Shown here one piece after another: positions 51,015-57,822 of a stretch of 64,000 nucleotides of DNA. Source of the DNA: Actinomycetes bacterium (GTDB lineage Bacteria > Actinomycetota > Acidimicrobiia > Acidimicrobiales > Palsa-688); the NCBI GenBank assembly GCA_021788115.1, contig JAJYLA010000002.1, positions 20,476 through 84,475 of the forward strand, given 5' to 3'. Made by a program: the position numbers and the translations under genes. The notes beneath the pieces are model-generated. The model was not told the DNA's origin. It was given only the letters and a program-made list of their open reading frames with translations, and did no database searches. How positions within the stretch are numbered: the stretch's first letter is position 1; every line of letters starts with the position of its first letter.

Positions 51015-52310
51015 TCAGGCGGTGATCTCGAAGACCCGCTTGGCCTTGCCGGTCTCGGAGCGTTCGATCGAGCCCGGGTCGCGAACTTCCACCAGCACCC
51101 GCACGCGCAGCCTGTCCATGAGGGCGCGGCGCAGCCGCTCCGCCACGCCCTGGCGTGCCCCCACCAGCCCCTGCCCGGCCAGCTCGACTTCCACGACCAG
51201 CTCGGCCATCGTCGAGCGGCGGTCGAGCAGGATCCGGTAGTGCCCGCTCACCGACTCGTCCTGGAGCACCACCGCCTCGATCTCGCTCGGGAAGACGTTG
51301 ATCCCGCGGACGACGAGCATGTCGTCGGTCCGCCCCGAGAGGCGGGCGATCCGCCGGAGCGTCCGCCCGCAGGAGCACGGCCGGTCGACGAAGTGCGTGA
51401 TGTCCCCGGTACGGAAGCGCAGGACCGGTAGGGCCTCCTTGGTGAGGGTCGTGATCACGAGCTCCCCGAGCTCTCCGGGCCCGACCGGGAGGCCCGTCTG
51501 GGGGTCGACGATCTCGGGGAAGAAGTGGTCCTCGCACACGTGGAGGGCGCCCTTGCCCTGCCGGCACTCGCCGGCCACACCTGGACCCATGACCTCCGAC
51601 AGCCCGTAGATGTCACACGCGTCGATGCCACCCCAGGCGGCCTCCAACTTGCTCCGGAACCCCTCCGACCACGGCTCGGCCCCGAAGGCCCCGAAGCGCA
51701 GCGTGCGGCGGATGTCGTCGAGGACGCCTTCCTGTTCCGCCCGCTCCGCCAGCAGCAACCCGAACGAAGGGGTGCTGAGCAGGCCGTTCGCTCCGAGATC
51801 GGCCATCATGCGGACCTGGAGCGACGTGTTGCCGCCCGATGCCGGCACGACCGTGGCGCCCAGGCGCTCCGCCCCGTAGTGGAGCCCGAGCCCCCCGGTG
51901 AACAGGCCGTACCCGTACGCGTTGTGCATCACGTCGCTGGAAACGCCGCCGGCGCCGGCGATGCAGCGCGCGTTCGCCTCGGCGAAGACCTCGACGTCCG
52001 CCGCCGTGTAGGCGACCACGGTCGCCTTGCCTTTCGTCCCCGACGACGCGTGCACCCGGACGGTGTCGGCCAGCGGGACCGCGAGCATCCCGAAGGGGTA
52101 CGTGTCACGCAGCTCGGACTTCGCCGTGAACGGCAGGAGCGCGATGTCGTCGATGTCGTGGACGGCCGGTACGTCCTGCAGCTTCGCCTGCCAGTAGGGC
52201 GAGGCCGATCGCCGCAGCCGCTCCAGCAGCGAAACCAACCGTTCGCTCTGCAGCTTCCACCGGTCGTCCGGATCCATGCACTCGATGCCGGCGTCGAAAA
52301 TACTGTCCAC
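51015..52310 (-). CDS. paaK: Phenylacetate-CoA ligase, about 431 aa
   Basis: The sequence contains ECMDPDDRWKLQSERLVSLLERL, VHASSGTKGKATVV, RFRTGDI and GRTDDMLVVRGINVFPSEIE. I placed the start at the GTG at 52310 because GGGAGGGA lies 6 nt upstream. Confidence 0.8.
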   Translation of the reverse strand: MDSIFDAGIECMDPDDRWKLQSERLVSLLERLRRSASPYWQAKLQDVPAVHDIDDIALLPFTAKSELRDTYPFGMLAVPLADTVRVHASSGTKGKATVVAYTAADVEVFAEANARCIAGAGGVSSDVMHNAYGYGLFTGGLGLHYGAERLGATVVPASGGNTSLQVRMMADLGANGLLSTPSFGLLLAERAEQEGVLDDIRRTLRFGAFGAEPWSEGFRSKLEAAWGGIDACDIYGLSEVMGPGVAGECRQGKGALHVCEDHFFPEIVDPQTGLPVGPGELGELVITTLTKEALPVLRFRTGDITHFVDRPCSCGRTLRRIARLSGRTDDMLVVRGINVFPSEIEAVVLQDESVSGHYRILLDRRSTMAELVVEVELAGQGLVGARQGVAERLRRALMDRLRVRVLVEVRDPGSIERSETGKAKRVFEITA

Positions 52311-52363
52311 CGCCCGTCCCTCCCTGGTCTCGTGCGGGCTACCACGCTGAGCATCCCCCAAAC

Positions 52364-52377
52364 TGACCGTTCGGTCA
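52364..52377. promoter_or_regulatory. Palindrome TGACCG-TT-CGGTCA about 54 nt upstream of paaK
   Basis: Read directly from the sequence. The 6-bp arms are perfect, flanked as ACTGACCGTTCGGTCAAT. Confidence 0.45.
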
Positions 52378-52460
52378 ATCCTCCGAATGGCTCATCTCCA
52401 TGATGCACCCGCACCATCCCGGCCCGCCACGGGTGGCGTCGCGACCCCTCGGGCGCGGCG

Positions 52461-53168
52461 CTAGCTGCGGTGCTTGAGCGCGACGGCGACCGCCTCGAGC
52501 CGGCTGTGCGCGTCCAGCTTGTCCATCAGGTGCTGGATGTGATTGCGGGCCGTCGCGCGCGAGACCCCCAGCCGGGCTGCGATGCCGCCGGTGCCCGCTC
52601 CCTCCATCAGGAGACGGAGCACGTCGCGCTCGCGCGCCGTCAGGGCGTCGAGGGGCGTGTGCCGTGCCGGCGCGTCGCCGTCGGGTGCCTGCCCGTCGCC
52701 GTCGACCGACGACGAGGCCGCGGGGGCGACCCCGCCCGAGACGAGCCGGTCCGCCAGCATCCGTCCCAGGCGGGGCGGTAGCGACGCCTCCCGCATGAAG
52801 TGCACGAGGCGCCACGTCGAGCGGCTTGCGGGGGCTGCGACGAGGGTGCTGACCGACAGCCACACGCTGTCACCGCCCCTCGTGCGGCCCATCACCTCCC
52901 TCGCCTCGAGCAGTTCGCCGGCCGCCGCCCGGGCATACCCGCGGCAGTCGGTATCGCAGACGGCGTTGCCGCACCCGTCGTGCCACGCCAGCACCTCGCT
53001 GCACGCACGGCCGATAGCGTCCTCAGCGCTGAACCCGAGAAGCCGGGAGGCCGCCTCGTTCCACGCCACGATGCGCGCCCGGTCGTCGATCGCCGCCATT
53101 CCGTCGGCTGTCCGGCCGAAAACGTCCAGCAGGTCTCTGCCGGCGCCCGGATCGTTGGTTGTTCTCAT
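52461..53168 (-). CDS. PAS-domain / LuxR-family HTH transcriptional regulator (paralogue of 11313..12056), about 235 aa
   Basis: The sequence contains GMAAIDDRARIVAWNEAASRLLGFSAEDAIGRACSEVL, the Cys-rich stretch WHDGCGNAVCDTDCRGY, and LTARERDVLRLLMEGAGTGGIAARLGVSRATARNHIQHLMDKLDAHSRLEAV. I placed the start at Met20 (MRTTND). Confidence 0.8.
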   Translation of the reverse strand: MRTTNDPGAGRDLLDVFGRTADGMAAIDDRARIVAWNEAASRLLGFSAEDAIGRACSEVLAWHDGCGNAVCDTDCRGYARAAAGELLEAREVMGRTRGGDSVWLSVSTLVAAPASRSTWRLVHFMREASLPPRLGRMLADRLVSGGVAPAASSSVDGDGQAPDGDAPARHTPLDALTARERDVLRLLMEGAGTGGIAARLGVSRATARNHIQHLMDKLDAHSRLEAVAVALKHRS

Positions 53169-53333
53169 GGCGGGGCTCCCGCGGCCGACCACGCCGGAGA
53201 CCGGCCACCGGCGGTCGCGATTCATTCTTGTCCAGCTTGCCCCGTCTAGCTTGCCAGCCCGAGCATCGGGTCACCAACCGGGGGCACCCGGTCCCGAGGC
53301 GTAGCTGCAGGATCGTGGCCAGATGTCCTACCT

Positions 53334-55409
53334 TCATCCCACGCCGAGGGAGCGCTTCAGGAACTCGAGCTCGAGCTTCAACCGATTCTCCGCGATCTCT
53401 TCCTGGGGGGTCATGTGCGTGACGCCGCTCAGCGGCACGACGCAGTGCGGCCGCCCCGCCGCCGTCAGGGCGGCGGACAGCCGCAGGGTGTGCGCGACGA
53501 CGACGTTGTCGTCGGCCAGCCCGTGGATGAGCATGAGGGGGCGCGTCAGCTTCGCGGCGTCGTCGATCAGCGACGAGTGGCGGTAGTGCTCCGGCTCCTC
53601 GTCCGGGTGGCCCAGGTAACGCTCCTGGTAGTGGGTGTCGTAGAGCCGCTGGTCGGTGACCGGGGCACCGGCGACCGCAGCGTGGAACACGTCGGGCCGG
53701 CGCAGCACCGCCAGCGCCGCCAGGTAGCCGCCGAAGGACCACCCGCGGATCGCCACCCGGCCGAGATCGAGGTCGGGGTTGGCGGCGGCGACCTCGTGGA
53801 GCGCCTCGATCTGGTCGTCGAGCACCGGCGTGGCGATGTCACCCCGCACGGCGCGATCCCACGCGGGTCCCCTGCCCGGGACGCCCCGGCCGTCGACGAC
53901 CAGGACCGCGAAGCCCTGGTCTGCGAACCACTGGGACACCAGATACGAATCACGCGCGGCCACCACCCGCTGAAGGGCCGGGCCGCCGTAGGGGTCGAGC
54001 AGCACCGGAAGCAGCCCGGAGCCGGTCCGGTGGTCCGAGGGCCACAGCAGGGCCGTGCGGAGCTCCCGCGGTCCGTAGGCAGCGATCGTCACGCGCGGCG
54101 TGAGGACCGGCGTCTCCGCGGACGATTCGATCCGCGCGACCTGCGCGGCGCCACGCCACACGGTCACCTCGGTGCCGTGTCGCCCGAGCGTGCGGGCGAG
54201 GATGACGGTGGTGCCGCCGGAGCGGCGTGCCGAATAGACGCCCGCCTCGGTGGTCTGCTGCTCGAGGCCCGCGGGCGACAACGTCCACAGGTGGGTCTCG
54301 GTCGGCTCCCGGGAGGCGGCGAACAGGACGGTGTCGCCGTCCACGTCGAGGACCGAGCGGACCTGCAGCCCCGGGGGGGTGACGAGCCGCTCTCCGACGA
54401 GGAGGCGCCGAGTGTCGTCGTCGTTGAGCGTCCATACCAGCGTGGCGTCATCCAGGAGGGCCGGCGTCCCCCCGACGATGTCGAGGAACAGCGGGTCGGA
54501 GTCTTCCCGCAGCAGACGGGTGGATCCCGTCGACGGATCCACTTCGAGGACCTGCATCCGACGCTGGTCGCGGCTCTGCACGACCACGACCAGCCCGGCA
54601 TCCTCCCACCGGACGGACACCAGGTACTCGAAGCCCGCACGGTCCCACCTGACCTCGGTGCAAGACCCGTCGAGCCCGACGAGCCAGAGGGAGACGTCGG
54701 CGTTGGAGGTTCCCGCCGCCGGGTAGGCGACCTCGCGGGGGGGACGGTCGGGGTGGGCGGGATCGGCGACGTACCAGCGGGACACCGGGGAGGTGTCGAC
54801 GCGCGCGACGGCCAGTACGTCTCCTCGCGGCGACCACCAGTAGCCACGCGTCCTTCCCATCTCCTCGGCCGCCACGAACTCTGCCAGCCCGTAGGTCACC
54901 TCCGGCGCACCCGGCTCCGCCAGTGCCCCGTCGCCGCTCCCGTCGGCGGCGACCACCCGCAGGGCCCCGCCGCTCACGTACGCAACCCGTCGCCCCGTGG
55001 GGTCCGGCCGCGGATCGAGCACGGGGCCGGCGACAGCAAGCTCCCGGGTGTCGCCGCCGTCCCCGGCCAGCCAGAGGCGGCCCGAGAGAGCGAAGGTGGC
55101 GATCCGCGCCGTTCTGTCGGTGGCGTAGTCGACGATCCCCGCGCTGTGCTCGCGGAGCCGTTCCCGCCGGGCCATCTCTTCGGGGGGGACGGCCTCCTCT
55201 GCGGGCACCAGCCGGGCGGGGTCGGCCAGCAGGCGCTCCTCGCCGCTGGGCGCGTCGAGGGACCACAGACAGGTCACGGGGTCGTCGCCGGCGCGCGACC
55301 GCAAGAAGAGGACCCGGTCGCCGTCGGGGGCCACCACAGGCTGACGCGCCACCCCGAGGCTGAAGCGCCTGGTGCGCGCGTACTGACGGGGAAAAGACAC
55401 CTGGTTCAC
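53334..55409 (-). CDS. S9-family serine peptidase (dipeptidyl-peptidase IV / prolyl-oligopeptidase-like: N-terminal propeller plus alpha/beta hydrolase), 691 aa
   Basis: The catalytic domain shows IRGWSFGGYLA (GxSxGG nucleophile), HGLADDNV (Asp) and GVTHM (His). The long N-terminal region resembles a beta-propeller. Confidence 0.8.
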   Translation of the reverse strand: MNQVSFPRQYARTRRFSLGVARQPVVAPDGDRVLFLRSRAGDDPVTCLWSLDAPSGEERLLADPARLVPAEEAVPPEEMARRERLREHSAGIVDYATDRTARIATFALSGRLWLAGDGGDTRELAVAGPVLDPRPDPTGRRVAYVSGGALRVVAADGSGDGALAEPGAPEVTYGLAEFVAAEEMGRTRGYWWSPRGDVLAVARVDTSPVSRWYVADPAHPDRPPREVAYPAAGTSNADVSLWLVGLDGSCTEVRWDRAGFEYLVSVRWEDAGLVVVVQSRDQRRMQVLEVDPSTGSTRLLREDSDPLFLDIVGGTPALLDDATLVWTLNDDDTRRLLVGERLVTPPGLQVRSVLDVDGDTVLFAASREPTETHLWTLSPAGLEQQTTEAGVYSARRSGGTTVILARTLGRHGTEVTVWRGAAQVARIESSAETPVLTPRVTIAAYGPRELRTALLWPSDHRTGSGLLPVLLDPYGGPALQRVVAARDSYLVSQWFADQGFAVLVVDGRGVPGRGPAWDRAVRGDIATPVLDDQIEALHEVAAANPDLDLGRVAIRGWSFGGYLAALAVLRRPDVFHAAVAGAPVTDQRLYDTHYQERYLGHPDEEPEHYRHSSLIDDAAKLTRPLMLIHGLADDNVVVAHTLRLSAALTAAGRPHCVVPLSGVTHMTPQEEIAENRLKLELEFLKRSLGVG

Positions 55410-55471
55410 CTTCCCAGCCTGCCATGACCCCTGGCGGGCGGGTGGCGGCGGCCGGCGGGGGGACGGGAAGC

Positions 55472-57205
55472 TCAGGATCCTGCCGTCGTGGAGGTGGCCG
55501 CCCTGCCGCCGAGGGCGGTGGCCGCCCTGCCGCCGAGGGCGGTGGCCGCCGAGCGCGCCGGCCGCTCCGGCCGGACGATGTAGACGTCACATTGGGCCCG
55601 GTGCACGAGGTGCCGGGACAAGTTGGCGTCGAACAGCGCAGCGAGGGCCGGGTCCGCCGGGCTGCCGATGACGACGAGGAGGGCATGGCGGTCGTTGGCG
55701 AACCGGGCGATCTGGCGCCCGGTCTCGGCGTGATCGTTGACGACCCGAAGCACGTGCCCGCTCGCGGGGGTTCCCAGGGCCGCCAGACGCTCCACGCTGC
55801 GGGCGACCAGTTCCTCTCCGGCGCCGACGCCGCCGCGCTCGATGGCGTCCTCGCCCGCCACATTCGTCTCCAGCACGTGGAGAACCTCGACAGGAGCGTC
55901 GAGCAGGTGGGCGAGGTCGGCCGCCGCCGTCAGCAACGGCTCTGCGTGCGCGAGCGTGTCGAGGGCCACCACGACAGGGGCGCTTTCCTGCGCCGCGCTT
56001 GCCCGCGTGGCGACAACGGCGATCTCCCGGACCGCCGGCCCGACGCCCTCGAGCCGGCGGCGGCCGGAGTAGAGCACGCCCATGCCGACGACCACGGCCG
56101 CGGCCCCGACGTAGAAGGGGACGTGGACGTCGAAATGCGCCGCCAATTTACCGGCGCAGAAGGGGGCGAGGCCCCCGCCGATGAAGCGCACGAACCCGTA
56201 CGCCGCCGAGGCGACCGAACGCTCGACCGGGGCCACCTCCATCACCGCCTGGGTTGTCAGCGTGTTGTTGAGGCCGACGAACATCCCCGAGGCGATGACC
56301 GCGACGATCACCGCGTTTCTCGACGACGTGAACGCGCCGATCACCACGAGGTCGACCGCGAGCAGCCCGAGGTTCACGAGCAGGGTCCGCGCCGCCCCGT
56401 AGCGGGCCTTCAGCCTCGGGGCGGCGAACACGGCGAACAGGCCTACGAGGACACCCCAGCCGGTGAACACATAGCCCAGCTGGTGGACGCCCAGCCGCAT
56501 CGTGAACGGCGTGTACGCCAGGAGCGTGAAGAAACCCCAGTTGTAACAGAGAGCCATGACGCTCATGGTCGCCAGCCCGCCGTGGCGCAAGGCGGCCAGA
56601 GGCTCCCGGATCGAGCTGCGACGGGCGGGGGGCGGGAGGGGGTCGAGGAACACCACGGTGGCGACCAGCGAGACGCCCATCAGCACGGACACGCCGAAGA
56701 AGGGGCCTCGCCAGCTGATGCCGCCGAGCTCCCCCCCGACGAGGGGCCCGAGGGCGAAGCCGAGCCCCAGAGCCGTCTCGTAGAGCATGATCGCCCCCGC
56801 GAATCCGCCGCTCGCCGCGCCCACGATCACCGCCAGGGAAGTCGCGATGAACAGGGCGTTGCCGAGCCCCCAGCCCGCCCGGAACCCGACGATCTGGCTG
56901 ATCGAATGGGACAGCCCTCCGGCAGCGGAGAACACCACGATCAAGGAGAGCCCGCCCACCAGAGTCCGCTTGGCACCCAGGCGGCTCGACACCCAACCCG
57001 TCACCAGCATGGCCACCGCGGTGATCAGCAGATAACTGGTGAAGAGCAGCTCGACCGTGCTCGGCGACGCCTTCAGCTGGGTAGCCAGCGCCGGCAGGAT
57101 CGGGTCCACCAGGCCGATCCCCATGAACGACACCACGCACGCGAAGGCGACCGCCCACACAGCCTTCGGCTGGCGGAACGGGCTGGGCGCCGGGCTCCCG
57201 GTCAC
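55472..57205 (-). CDS. MFS transporter fused to a C-terminal universal-stress-protein (USP) domain, about 577 aa
   Basis: About 12 hydrophobic segments are present (VAFACVVSFMGIGLVDPILPAL ...). They are followed by PVVVALDTLAHAEPLLTAAADLA..VEVLHVLE..LLVVIGSP, which is USP-like. I prefer the GTG at 57205, which overlaps the marR stop (GTGA). The track's Met is at 57235. Confidence 0.7.
   Translation of the reverse strand: MTGSPAPSPFRQPKAVWAVAFACVVSFMGIGLVDPILPALATQLKASPSTVELLFTSYLLITAVAMLVTGWVSSRLGAKRTLVGGLSLIVVFSAAGGLSHSISQIVGFRAGWGLGNALFIATSLAVIVGAASGGFAGAIMLYETALGLGFALGPLVGGELGGISWRGPFFGVSVLMGVSLVATVVFLDPLPPPARRSSIREPLAALRHGGLATMSVMALCYNWGFFTLLAYTPFTMRLGVHQLGYVFTGWGVLVGLFAVFAAPRLKARYGAARTLLVNLGLLAVDLVVIGAFTSSRNAVIVAVIASGMFVGLNNTLTTQAVMEVAPVERSVASAAYGFVRFIGGGLAPFCAGKLAAHFDVHVPFYVGAAAVVVGMGVLYSGRRRLEGVGPAVREIAVVATRASAAQESAPVVVALDTLAHAEPLLTAAADLAHLLDAPVEVLHVLETNVAGEDAIERGGVGAGEELVARSVERLAALGTPASGHVLRVVNDHAETGRQIARFANDRHALLVVIGSPADPALAALFDANLSRHLVHRAQCDVYIVRPERPARSAATALGGRAATALGGRAATSTTAGS
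55493..55550. repeat. Tandem 24-bp direct repeat (2 full copies plus 10 nt) within the 3' end of the MFS::USP gene
   Basis: ggtggccgccctgccgccgagggc occurs at 55493-55516 and identically at 55517-55540, and then restarts. It encodes AATALGGR AATALGGR AAT at the protein C-terminus. Confidence 0.9.
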
Positions 57206-57657
57206 CGGCCCCTCTCCTGCGCCCGTACAGGACAAGCGTCGGCCAGGTCGAGCAGGCGCCGCACGGCCGGACCCGCCGCGAGCAGCGCCCTCGCGTCCTC
57301 ACGTGGGAGCCGCCCGATCCGCGCGGAGAACCCAGCGGCGACAGCCCGGCGCCCCCGATCGAGGTGCGCGCGACCCGCCGGCGTGATCGACACCAGCACT
57401 CCCCGACCGTCGTCGGGGTCGCGCCGGCGCTCGACGAGCCCACGCTCCTCGAGGTGGGTCACCAGCGTGGTCATCGAGGGCTGGGTGACACCCTCGCCGA
57501 CCGCAAGCTCACCCAGCCGGCGCGGCCCGGCCCGGTCCAGAGCCGCCAGCGTGGACATGGCAGTGAGGCTCAAGTCCCGTGGCCGCTGGGCGAGCAGCAG
57601 TGAGGCCAAGACGTAGGCGACCTGCCCGATGTCCCCTGTCGTCGGATCGTTCGACAT
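57202..57657 (-). CDS. MarR-family transcriptional regulator, about 151 aa
   Basis: LTAMSTLAALDRAGPRRLGELAVGEGVTQPSMTTLVTHLEERGLVERRRDPDDGRGVLVSITPAG is a MarR winged helix. The track start at 57660 is a TTG. The ATG is at 57657. Confidence 0.85.
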   Translation of the reverse strand: MSNDPTTGDIGQVAYVLASLLLAQRPRDLSLTAMSTLAALDRAGPRRLGELAVGEGVTQPSMTTLVTHLEERGLVERRRDPDDGRGVLVSITPAGRAHLDRGRRAVAAGFSARIGRLPREDARALLAAGPAVRRLLDLADACPVRAQERGR

Positions 57658-57666
57658 CAATATTGA
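57657..57666. promoter_or_regulatory. Perfect 10-bp palindrome TCAATATTGA overlapping the marR start codon, next to a TATATATAT tract
   Basis: Read directly from the sequence. On the minus strand a TAGACT hexamer sits 7 nt upstream of the TTG/ATG, which is compatible with a leaderless marR transcript. Confidence 0.4.
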
Positions 57667-57822
57667 TTAGTCTATATATATTTCACGCTGTAGCCCGGCG
57701 ACGCGGCCGGTGGCCGGCCGGCAGGCCGCGGAGTCCGTCGCTGCGCTCGCACGGGGCCCGCACGAAGACACAATCCACGGTGGCCCCTTGTCCCCGTGGT
57801 CCCGGCGCGCGAACGTAGGCAC

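Noticed and set aside
55493-55550. Possible CRISPR-like or regulatory repeat
   Set aside because: These are only two and a half directly abutting 24-bp units with no spacers, lying inside a coding region in frame. This is a simple tandem duplication, not a CRISPR array.
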